DNA of 64,000 nt, taken from Eledone cirrhosa. Its lineage: Eukaryota. Location: positions 107,198,001 through 107,262,000 of the forward strand of contig OZ024744.1 of NCBI GenBank assembly GCA_964016885.1, read 5' to 3'. The notes beneath the pieces are model-generated. The model did not search any database. It saw only the letters and a program-made list of their open reading frames with translations, and had not been told where the DNA came from. Both the position numbers and the translations under genes were made by a program. Positions 24,136-35,372 of the stretch are shown piece after piece (position 1 is the stretch's first letter; each line of letters begins with the position of its first letter).

Positions 24136-25021
24136 CTGAAAATAAATAAAAGAGTTTTTTCATGAGAAAATATATGAAGAAATGATGAAGGCAGCTCTAA
24201 AAAATGATGAACCTCAGTTTCTATACTCCTATGGACATCATGGCATGGATATTTCAAAAGAATATGACACATGGTTGGCATTAAGGAAGGGTATATAGCT
24301 GTAGAAGCCAAGTCAAAATACAGATCTTTATGAGCAAGATATGGTCACCTGACTTAAATTGTTGCATAACATGACAACCTGTCTAACCCATGCAAGCATG
24401 GATAAATGGATGTTAAATGGTGATGATACACACACATACATACATATTTAAATATATATATGAGATGAATAAGGGCAGTTATAACACCCATTCATTACCA
24501 AGTGTAAAAAATATCAATGTATTAATTTGTTATGGAAAAAATAGAGCATAATAACTTAATTTAGGTGACAAACCAAAGATATTTAAGGCTTTTAACATCT
24601 TGGGCCGAATTTCACCCTCCCCAGTAGCCTTGCCACATTTCAGCTCTATCACATCACTCTCATCTGTGTCAGAGAGCCAGGGAACCTCATGGAAACTGCC
24701 CCTAACTTCTGTCACAACCTATCACATCACTCTATGTGAGAGGGCCAGGGAACCCCATGGACACTGCCCCTTATTACTGTCACAGCCATAAAACATGTTT
24801 TACTTTACCAGTTGACCAGACATTACTATTACTATACTGTGTAGATATATATTATCTCTTCTATGAAATCATTCAACATTATACATATATGCAAAAAGTA
24901 AACGGAAACAACAAAGCAAACAACACAGTACAATGAAGAGATATATTAGTTTAACGCTTGATATATATATATAAATATATATTGGATACATATGTATATA
25001 CATGCATGTGTATATATACAT

Positions 25022-25114
25022 ATCCAGCAGAGAGCAGGGTTGGGGAAGCATTGTCCTGATGACAGCCCAAGCCAGAAACACGTCGGCAGTTATTCCCTGC
25101 TGCTTCTGCTAGAT
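25022..25114 (+). ncRNA. Minimal type I hammerhead-ribozyme motif (Penelope-type), partly decayed
   Basis: ATTGTC-CTGATGA(25056-62)-CAGCCCAAGCCA-GAAAC-AC-GTC(25082-84)-GGCAGT with extended stem I. Confidence 0.7.
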
Positions 25115-25394
25115 GGCGCCACCCATCAGCTTTTCAATATTCAGAGCTAAAGAGTTTTCCAAATGTTTATTTGTAAACATACCATATATGATTAGATATA
25201 CAAAATTCACATATATATATATATATATGCATGCATATATATATATATATATATACATATACACACACATATATATATATATGCAAAAGTTCTATTTAAA
25301 ATTGTTGGGATACAACAAGTAAATATTTTTATAACTGATATAAGGCACTCGACAAGTATTTGGAGTAGATATACGATATTAATAAATGGAAACT

Positions 25395-25470
25395 ATATTT
25401 ATTTCATTATACATATTTCAGGGATACCAAATTAAATTATGGTATGCCTTCATCAGACAAAATACAATAT
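25395..25470 (-). ncRNA. Minimal type I hammerhead motif (left arm of fold-back, sense to PPP4R4 pre-mRNA)
   Basis: Reverse complement of 25792-25867. Confidence 0.6.
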
Positions 25471-25791
25471 ATAACAGTTTTACAAATAAGCTTTGACGTA
25501 CCCTATTAAAATGCAACCATTGTTTTTGGAAGTCATCCGGATAGTGAATTGTTTATATAACTTTAATAAGTCATAGTGTTAAGGACAATTAGAAAAAGAC
25601 GGAGAGAAAGAAAAAGATGGAGAGAAAGAAAAAACGTGGAGAAATATCGGAGAGAGAGAGAGAGAGATGCATAGTGTCCTTAACACTATGACTTATTAAA
25701 GTTATATAAACAATTCACTATCCGGATGACTTCCAAAAACAATGGTTGCATTTTAATAGGGTACGTCAAAGCTTATTTGTAAAACTGTTAT

Positions 25792-25867
25792 ATATTGTAT
25801 TTTGTCTGATGAAGGCATACCATAATTTAATTTGGTATCCCTGAAATATGTATAATGAAATAAATAT
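25792..25867 (+). ncRNA. Minimal type I hammerhead motif (right arm of fold-back)
   Basis: CTGATGA(25806-12)-AGGCATACCA/TGGTATCCCT stem II-GAAA(25843-46)-self-complementary ATATGTAT-A; stem I TATTTTGT/ATGAAATA. Confidence 0.6.
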
Positions 25868-25902
25868 GGTTTTATAAATATAGTTTCCATTTATTAATGT
25901 CG

Positions 25903-25931
<29 letters not shown>

Positions 25932-25935
<4 letters not shown>

Positions 25936-26208
25936 CCGGGTGATGTGTTGTTTCCTTGAGCAAGACACTTTATTTCACATTGCTCCAGTTTACTCAGCTG
26001 TAGAAATGAGATGATAGGGACTGGGGTCCCTATCATTCCACTGCAAAGTGATCGTGGAGGTGCCAAGGCAAAAAAGCACCCAGCACTCACTGTAAATGAG
26101 GTTGGTGTTAGGAAGGGCATCCAGCTGCAGAAATCAAACCAGAATCAGTTCCCGTCCCACCCTTGCAAGCAGGGAAAAGCGGACGTAAAATGAAATGATG
26201 ATGAATGA

Positions 26209-26210
<2 letters not shown>
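25932..26210 (+). mobile_element. SINE family A, 5'-truncated
   Basis: Near-identical to reverse complement of 17879-18150. Confidence 0.88.
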
Positions 26211-26245
<35 letters not shown>

Positions 26246-26306
26246 TGTATATACATATCTATACATATGCATGTGTATATATATACTTCATTCAATAGTT
26301 ACATAC

Positions 26307-26375
26307 CGGGAAGTTGAAGGCAGCATTTACCCTGCAATTTTGAAATGGATGTTCAAGACCCAATTGATTTTTAAA
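26307..26375 (-). CDS. PPP4R4: PPP4R4 coding exon (FKNQLGLEHPFQNCRVNAAFNFP), 69 bp
   Basis: tcag/gtatgt; matches R.NCAYNFP; phase 0-0. Confidence 0.88.
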
Positions 26376-26739
26376 CTGAAAATAAAATAAATTAAATAGT
26401 AAAGACATATTAAGGTGTGTGTTTTAAGGATAAACACAAAGACAGTCAGACATTTTACAAAAGTTGACTTCAAAGTTTCACCATGGAGTAGCTGCATAAA
26501 AGTATAACAGAAAAATACAAACTGTAGCTTCAAGCATAGATATATACTTAAGGAGTTTGCTTTGCAGCCATGTGGTTTGGGGTTGGGTCTCACTGTGTGG
26601 CCACCTTGGACAAATCTTGCGAGAAAAATTTGGTAAACAGAAATTGTATCAGTATGTTTGTGTGTGTGTGTTCTGTAACCTTGGAGAGAGACCAATAAAA
26701 TAAGGACCAGACATGAAAAAAATAAGTACTGGGGTGAAT

Positions 26740-27802
26740 ATAATTAACTATACTCCATTACTCCAGTATGGCCACAGTACTGAGGTTGATATGGTAGTCT
26801 ATATCAAGGTAGTACTCCAGAATGGCCACAGTATAATGACTGAATCCACTAAAACAATAAATATTAAGCATCTGGTGGTGCCCCAGTATGGCCACAGTCT
26901 AATGACTGACACCAGTAAAACAGAACTGAGGTTGATATGGTAGACTATATCAAGGTAGTGCCCCAGTATGGCCACAGTCTAATGACTGACACCAAGAAAA
27001 CAGTACTGAGGTTGATATGGTAGACTATATCAAGGTAGTGCCCCAGTATGGCCACAGTCTAATGACTGACACCAGGAAAACAGAACTGAGGTTGATATGG
27101 TAGACTATATCAAGGTAGTGTCCCAGTATGGCCACAGTCTAATGACTGACACCAGTAAAACAGTACTGAGGTTGATATGGTAGACTATATGAAGGTAGTG
27201 CCCCAGTATGGCCACAGTCTAATGACTGACACCAGTAAAACAGTAGTGAGGTTGATATGGTAAACTATATGAAGGTAGTGCCCCAGTATGGCCACAGTCT
27301 AATGACTGACACCAGTAAAACAGTACTGAGGTTGATATGGTAGACTATATCAAGGTAGTGCCCCAGTATGGCCACAGTCTAATGACTGACACCAGGAAAA
27401 CAGTACTGAGGTTGATATGGTAGACTATATGAAGGTAGTGCCCCAGTATGGCCACAGTCTAATGACTGACACCAGTAAAACAGTACTGAGGTTGATATGG
27501 TAGACTATATGAAGGTAGTGCCCCAGTATGGCCACAGTCTAATGACTGACACCAGTAAAACAGTAGTGAGGTTGATATGGTAGACTATATGAAGGTAGTG
27601 CCCCAGTATGGCCACAGTCTAATGACTGACACCAGTAAAACAGTACTGAGGTTGATATGGTAGACTATATCAAGGTAGTGCCTCAGTATGGCCACCGTTT
27701 AATGACTGACACGAGTAAAACAGAACTGAGGTTGATATGGTAGACTATATCAAGGTAGTGCCCCAGTATGGCCACAGTCTAATGACTGACACCAGGAAAA
27801 CA
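26740..27802 (+). repeat. 80-bp minisatellite (~12 regular copies plus degenerate starts), SINE-tail derived
   Basis: Unit CCCCAGTATGGCCACAGTCTAATGACTGACACCAGTAAAACAGTACTGAGGTTGATATGGTAGACTATATCAAGGTAGTG. Confidence 0.93.
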
Positions 27803-27859
27803 ATAGTGAGCAAAATAGAATTTATCATTGCAATTTATCATTGTAATGACTTTATATTT

Positions 27860-28466
27860 TGCATTTGTTGTTCAGGGGCGGCGTGGCAGCCACTTAAATA
27901 TTAAAAAATGCCACTTTTAGACTCAAATTTTCGGCTCTAGCTCCCACATTAATCAACCTACTTTGTTCAAATTTTACACTACACTAGATCTGATTATTTC
28001 ACGTATTAAAGTGGCTTTACAATTTTAGATTTTTTTGTTCAGGAACGGCGTGGCAGCTGCTTAAATATTCGAAAATACCACCTTTTCACTCAAATTTCTG
28101 CCTTTTCGGCTCTAGCTCCCACATTTTTCAACCGATTTTGTTCAAATTTGAAACTTCGGCTCCACCTCACACATAAATCAATTTATTTGGTTCAACTTTT
28201 ATACTACGATAGAACCTATCATTGCACATCTTATAGTAGCTTTACACTTTGCATTTTTTGTTCAGGAACGGCGTGGCAACTGTTTAACTCTTCAAAATAC
28301 GATTTTTTCCACCTTCCACATATTCCATACGATTTCACTCAACATTTCGCCATTTGCTACACCTTACGACCAATTTTCAAGAAACTCGCAGTCGCTAAGA
28401 TCAACACCTTTTCATCAAAGCAGATATTATTTTACCTACCCAGGCAACGCTGGGTACTGCTGCTAG
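27860..28466 (+). mobile_element. Non-autonomous Helitron/Helentron-like element 3' portion
   Basis: ACCCAG-GCAACG-CTGGGT hairpin (28438-28455) then CTAG|T (28463-66); three internal TTGTTCAGG(A/G)(A/G)CGGCGTGGCA repeats. Confidence 0.65.
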
Positions 28467-28839
28467 TATTATAATATTATTATTATTCCTTGACAAATAC
28501 ATTTAGTTATCCACCATGTTGAGAGCGAAAACAAACTTTATATATATATATATATCCAGGGAGTGTAATGTGAAGTTACTGTGGGTTCCCCCAGGTGAGC
28601 ACTCAATGTTTAGCTTCACGTCAGTATCGAGGTGTAGAGCTAGACAGAGTGTAATATAATAATACAAGGACGAATGGTTACACCTTCATTATGTCTATTG
28701 GTTGGTGACGCGCGTTTCGCTACTGATCAGCTCAAGGTTCGATCTGTATTGATCTGGCCCGACTCTGGAATCAAAAGCTCCTTGGACCTACCGATGTCCA
28801 ACCAATAAACATAATGAAGGAGTAACTATTCATCCTTGT

Positions 28840-29220
28840 TGGCAGTATCGGTAGAGGGTCGGATGCCATGCTTTCCAGCATAGTTACGTCCCTTTACGAT
28901 CTGAGTTCAAATCCCGCCGAGGTTGACTTTGCCTTTCATCCTTACAGGGTCGATAAAATAAAGTACCAGTAATGTACTGGGTAATTGCTGGCCTTGTGCC
29001 TAAAGTAGAAACAATTATATATATAAAGGCAGTGGATTGACAGAATTGGGAGAGGGCTGGACGCCATGCTTTGTAGCATAGAGTTACGCCCCTTTACGAT
29101 CTGAGTTCAAATCCCGTTGAGGTTAACTTTGCCTTTCATTCTTGGGGGGTCGATAAAATAAAGTACCAGTAATGCACTGGGATAATTGCTGGTCTTGTGC
29201 CAAAAATATAAACAATTATA
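28840..29220 (+). mobile_element. Two tandem SINE family B copies
   Basis: Repeated GAGTTCAAATCCCG...GTCGATAAAATAAAGTACCAGT. Confidence 0.85.
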
Positions 29221-29229
29221 TATATATAA

Positions 29230-29345
29230 GGCGTGTGGCTTAGTGGTTAGAGAATTGGATTCGCAATCGTAAGGTTGTGAGTTCGATTCCTGGACCAGGC
29301 GAAGCGTTATGTCCTTGAGCAAGACACTTTATTTCACGTTGCTCC
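29230..29345 (+). mobile_element. SINE tRNA-like head plus CORE-like segment, fused to a different hairpin element
   Basis: GTGGCTTAGTGG A-box, GAGTTCGATTCC B-box, TGTCCTTGAGCAAGACACTT. Confidence 0.75.
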
Positions 29346-29442
29346 TTCTTCCTGGAGTGGCGACCTATAGATAGTATTAGCAATTGGAACGACCAACGGA
29401 AACATTGTTTCCTCGGTCCAATTTGACGCAAGTCGATCGTTC

Positions 29443-29495
<53 letters not shown>

Positions 29496-29500
<5 letters not shown>

Positions 29501-29815
29501 CCTTGCAATCGAAAGGTTGTGAGGTCAATTCTCAGACCGGGTGATGTGTTGTTTCCTTGAGCAAGACATTTTATTTCACATTGCTCCAGTTTACTCAGCT
29601 GTAGAAATGAGATGATAGGGACTGGGGTCCCTATCATTCCACTGCAAAGTGGTCGTGGAGGTGCCACGGCAAAAAAGCACCCAGCACTCACTGTAAATGA
29701 GGTTGGTGTTAGGAAGGGCATCCAGCTGTAGAAATCAAGCCAGAATCAGTTCCCGTCCCAACCCTTGCAAGCAGGGAAAAAGCGGACGTAAAATGAAATG
29801 ATGATGATGATGATA
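29496..29815 (+). mobile_element. SINE family A
   Basis: Near-identical to 25932-26210. Confidence 0.88.
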
Positions 29816-30084
29816 CATAGTTCAAGATAAACAGGATGACCACAGAGACACAATAACAAAGTCTTATAAATTTCACATTTGTTGGAAAAGGAATGTTTCA
29901 ATGTATCGGACATTAGTCCTTCATCAGGAGTAAAGTTCGGAGAAAGGGCAAGTTGGAATATGTATGTAAAAAGGTTTTAATGGTAGGAACCCCAGTCCTA
30001 TAATGAGAAGACATCCCTCTGAACCAGTCCATTGCAGGGGTTAATACGCAGTTGTTGCTGGTAGTACTCCTCTTTCTCTCTTTT

Positions 30085-33000
30085 ATATTGTTGTGAGGTC
30101 AATGTATCTACCATGACAACATTATTGTTGTGAGGTCAATATATCTACCAAGACAACATTATTGTTGTGAGGTCAATATATCTACCAAGACAACATTATT
30201 GTTGTGAGGTCAATATATCTACCAAGACAACATTGTTGTGAGGTCAATATATCTACCATGACAACATTATTGTTGTGAGGTCAATATATCTACCAAGACA
30301 ACATTATTGTTGTGAGGTCAATATATCTACCATGACAACATTATTGTTGTGAGGTCAATATATCTACCATGACAACATTATTGTTGTGAGGTCAATATAT
30401 CTACCATGACAACATTATTGTTGTGAGGTCAATGTATCTACCATGACAACATTGTTGTGAGGTCAATATATCTACCATGACAACATTGTTGTGAGGTCAA
30501 TATATCTACCAAGACAACATTATTGTTGTGAGGTCAATATATCTACCATGACAACATTATTGTTGTGAGGTCAATGTATCTACCATGACAACATTGTTGT
30601 GAGGTCAATATATCTACCATGACAACATTATTGTTGTGAGGTCAATATATCTACCATGACAACATTATTGTTGTGAGGTCAATATATCTACCAAGACAAC
30701 ATTATTGTTGTGAGGTCAATATATCTACCATGACAACATTATTGTTGTGAGGTCAATATATCTACCATGACAACATTATTGTTGTGAGGTCAATGTATCT
30801 ACCATGACAACATTGTTGTGAGGTCAATATATCTACCAAGACAACATTGTTGTGAGGTCAATATATCTACCATGACAACATTGTTGTTGTGAGGTCAATA
30901 TATCTACCAAGACAACATTATTGTTGTGAGGTCAATATATCTACCATGACAACATTATTGTTGTGAGGTCAATATATCTACCATGACAACATTGTTGTGA
31001 GGTCAATATATCTACCATGACAACATTATTGTTGTGAGGTCAATATATCTACCAAGACAACATTATTGTTGTGAGGTCAATATATCTACCATGACAACAT
31101 TATTGTTGTGAGGTGAATATATCTACCATGACAACATTATTGTTGTGAGGTCAATGTATCTACCAAGACAACATTATTGTTGTGAGGTCAATATATCTAC
31201 CATGACAACATTATTGTTGTGAGGTCAATATATCTACCATGACAACATTATTGTTGTGAGGTCAATATATCTACCATGACAACATTATTGTTGTGAGGTC
31301 AATGTATCTACCATGACAACATTGTTGTGAGGTCAATATATCTACCATGACAACATTGTTGTGAGGTCAATATATCTACCATGACAACATTATTGTTGTG
31401 AGGTCAATATATCTACCATGACAACATTATTGTTGTGAGGTCAATGTATCTACCATGACAACATTGTTGTGAGGTCAATATATCTACCAAGACAACATTG
31501 TTGTGAGGTCAATATATCTACCATGACAACATTGTTGTTGTGAGGTCAATATATCTACCAAGACAACATTATTGTTGTGAGGTCAATATATCTACCATGA
31601 CAACATTATTGTTGTGAGGTCAATATATCTACCATGACAACATTGTTGTGAGGTCAATATATCTACCATGACAACATTATTGTTGTGAGGTCAATATATC
31701 TACCAAGACAACATTATTGTTGTGAGGTCAATATATCTACCATGACAACATTATTGTTGTGAGGTGAATATATCTACCATGACAACATTATTGTTGTGAG
31801 GTCAATGTATCTACCATGACAACATTATTGTTGTGAGGTCAATATATCTACCATGACAACATTATTGTTGTGAGGTCAATATATCTACCATGACAACATT
31901 ATTGTTGTGAGGTCAATATATCTACCAAGACAACATTATTGTTGTGAGGTCAATGTATCTACCATGACAACATTATTGTTGTGAGGTCAATATATCTACC
32001 ATGACAACATTATTGTTGTGAGGTCAATGTATCTACCATGACAACATTATTGTTGTGAGGTCAATATATCTACCATGACAACATTATTGTTGTGAGGTCA
32101 ATGTATCTACCATGACAACATTGTTGTGAGGTCAATATATCTACCAAGACAACATTGTTGTGAGGTCAATATATCTACCATGACAACATTGTTGTTGTGA
32201 GGTCAATATATCTACCAAGACAACATTATTGTTGTGAGGTCAATATATCTACCATGACAACATTATTGTTGTGAGGTCAATATATCTACCATGACAACAT
32301 TGTTGTGAGGTCAATATATCTACCATGACAACATTATTGTTGTGAGGTCAATATATCTACCAAGACAACATTATTGTTGTGAGGTCAATATATCTACCAT
32401 GACAACATTATTGTTGTGAGGTGAATATATCTACCATGACAACATTATTGTTGTGAGGTCAATGTATCTACCATGACAACATTATTGTTGTGAGGTCAAT
32501 ATATCTACCATGACAACATTATTGTTGTGAGGTCAATGTATCTACCAAGACAATATTGTTGTGAGGTCAATATATCTACCAAGACAACATTATTGTTGTG
32601 AGGTCAATATATCTACCATGACAACATTATTGTTGTGAGGTCAATATATCTACCATGACAACATTATTGTTGTGAGGTCAATGTATCTACCATGACAACA
32701 TTATTGTTGTGAGGTGAATATATCTACCATGACAACATTATTGTTGTGAGGTCAATATATCTACCAAGACAACATTATTGTTGTGAGGTCAATATATCTA
32801 CCATGACAACATTATTGTTGTGAGGTGAATATATCTACCATGACAACATTATTGTTGTGAGGTCAATATATCTACCATGACAACATTATTGTTGTGAGGT
32901 CAATGTATCTACCAAGACAACATTATTGTTGTGAGGTCAATATATCTACCATGACAACATTATTGTTGTGAGGTCAATGTATCTACCATGACAACATTAT

Positions 33001-33255
33001 TGTTGTGAGGTCAATATATCTACCATGACAACATTATTGTTGTGAGGTCAATATATCTACCATGACAACATTATTGTTGTGAGGTCAATATATCTACCAT
33101 GACAACATTATTGTTGTGAGGTCAATGTATCTACCATGACAACATTATTGTTGTGAGGTCAATGTATCTACCATGACAACATTATTGTTGTGAGGTGAAT
33201 ATATCTACCATGACAACATTATTGTTGTGAGGTCAATATATCTACCATGACAACG
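30085..33255. repeat. 37-bp (34-bp variant) minisatellite, ~87 copies
   Basis: Unit ATTATTGTTGTGAGGTCAATATATCTACCATGACAAC. Confidence 0.95.
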
Positions 33256-33621
33256 TAGCTAACATCTCTACACAACTGTTATGTTATACCAAAAAAATCA
33301 AACTATCTTCTTGATAAGATAGCAAACTCCAAATAAACCAATATTGTAGATCACATTTTACAGTTGATTGTTACAGAAATTGTGAGTGGCTGAGCATTCC
33401 ACAGACATATGTACTGTTAATGTAGTTCTCAGGGAGACTCAGCATGACAATGCTGACATATTGAATACACAAGTGAGTACAACTCACTTTTGACATCCGA
33501 GTGGACTGGAGCAACATGAAATAAAGTGTCTTGCTGAAGGACACAATGTACTGGCAAGAATCAAATTCACAACCAAACAGCAGCAATACAGAAGACCTGC
33601 ATTCCCTATGTGCAAAGTTAA

Positions 33622-33831
33622 CCCTTTAGCATTCACACTACTTTATATATACTATTATATTTTCATGGTAAAGGCTTTACCTCGCATAATTATCTCACAT
33701 AATATCGAATCTATGAGATTTTGAAAGTATTTATTTTGAGAACAATACCTTAACATCAGTTTGAGCGACCAGTTGCAGCCAGTTTCAACAGAAAGACGTA
33801 GAGAATTCTGGCCAGTTTGAACATTAAAGGG
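33622..33831. mobile_element. piggyBac-type MITE (TTAA flanks, CCCTTTA termini); second copy at 34521-34875 interrupted by a SINE fragment
   Basis: TTAA|CCCTTTAGCATTCA ... TGAACATTAAAGGG|TTAA; internal sequence duplicated at 34690-34870. Confidence 0.75.
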
Positions 33832-33879
33832 TTAAACTACAGTCAGTAGGCTTTCCAAACCAAACATACATACATCAAA

Positions 33880-34285
33880 ACCTACTACCCCTACTCTACC
33901 CTTTCTCTTTAAAGTTATGTTGGTAACACAACATCCAGTCCAAACTAATGAGGTTGTGTAGGTGCCACGACAAAAAAAAAAGAGGGGGAAAAAGGAAGAA
34001 AAAAGAGATAAAAGGAGAAGGGGGAAAAAGGAAAGAGAAGGGAAAAACAAAAGGGGGGGGGGCAGTCCACGCTGTAATGTGGCCGTGTAGGTAACACAGT
34101 AAAAAGCTCCCAGTCCACACTGTAAATGTGGTTGGTGTTAGGAAGGGTATCCAGCCATAGAAAACCTGCCAGGCAGTCCTATACGAGCGAGACATGTTCA
34201 CCCAACCAGTCTTGTCTCAAGTGGGACAATTCCCGTCTAACCCATGCTAGCGTGGAAGATAGACGTTAAATGATGATGATGACAA
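33880..34285 (+). mobile_element. RTE LINE 3' UTR/tail fragment
   Basis: Matches 58240-58540. Confidence 0.8.
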
Positions 34286-35160
34286 CCTAACCACTAAGCC
34301 ACATGTCTCCATGTAGAAGTGATTATGATATAGACAATTCTGGTTAGTTTTGGTATAATTATCTCTCAGAAATTGGGGCAGTTTGGAGGGATTCTGATCA
34401 ATAGTAACCCTTGCAAGAAATCAGAACTTTGTTGTTTATTAGTATGCAAATGGGCTAATTAGCTCAGAATTTTATCCCAAAGAGAGGAAATTGGAACATT
34501 ATCCAGTGAAAGTTCCTTAACCCTTTAACATTCACAAAAAAGCACCCAGCACTCACTGTAAATGAGGTTGGCGTTAGGAAGGGCATCCAGCTGTAGAAAT
34601 CAAGCCAGAATCAGTTCCCACCCCACCCTTGCAAGCAGGGAAAAGCGGACGTAAAATGATGATGATGATGATGATGATGATTACTCTATATATACTATTA
34701 TATTTTCATGGTAAAGGCTTTACCTCGCATAATTATCTCATATAATATTGAACCTATGAAATTTTGAAAGTATTTATTTTGAGAACAATACCTTAACATC
34801 AGTATGAGTGACCAATTACAGTCAGTTTCAATAGAAAAAGGTAGAGAATTCTGGCCGGTTTGAACATTAAAGACGGGACTTTTAGGTCCTGAAATATTGG
34901 ACAGATAAAAGAACAACAAGCAGGTAATCTGCATTGTTTAGCTTTCTATCGCTTTCAATGTTATAAATAGTTATAGTTTAAATAGTTCTGTTAGTTACAA
35001 TGTGTTGATGTGGTTGTCAAGTTTTACAAGAATCTACAGTTTACAACACTTCTAAATGATAGACATAGTTATTTAGTGTTGTTTGCGTCAGTATTGTTAC
35101 TGACACAAATGCTGCTAAAAGTATTAAGAATCAAATTTAAAAAAATATATTCTAACTTAC

Positions 35161-35258
35161 CCCATAATCAGAAGTATTACTATTATCTGACAAACCAATT
35201 TCACATAGTTTCTTGTAACAATCTAGGAACCAATCTTTTTGTTTTTCATTTAAATTCG
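35161..35258 (-). CDS. PPP4R4: PPP4R4 coding exon (ANLNEKQKDWFLDCYKKLCEIGLSDNSNTSDYG), 98 bp
   Basis: ttag/gtaagt; matches FLEFYKKLCTLGL; phase 1-0. Confidence 0.9.
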
Positions 35259-35372
35259 CTAAAATATAATAGAAAAAGGAGTTTATTTTTTCATTTCTGT
35301 AAACACAAATATAATAAAAATCAGCAAAATTCTAAATTAGTTAAATTATTACTAGTCAAACATATTTGTCCT

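Larger units (their letters stand above)
25369..25907. repeat. Fold-back inverted repeat (arms 25369-25587 / 25675-25907), probable inverted Penelope pseudo-LTR pair
   Basis: Arms are reverse complements apart from a 14-bp insertion and a terminal substitution; 87-bp purine-rich spacer. Confidence 0.9.

Noticed and set aside
29230-29305. tRNA-like sequence (also ~40775, ~18150, ~61930)
   Set aside because: SINE heads with A/B boxes continuing into CORE-like sequence; no complete cloverleaf.
30085-33255. CRISPR-like 37-bp partly palindromic repeats
   Set aside because: No unique spacers, no cas genes, eukaryotic intron.
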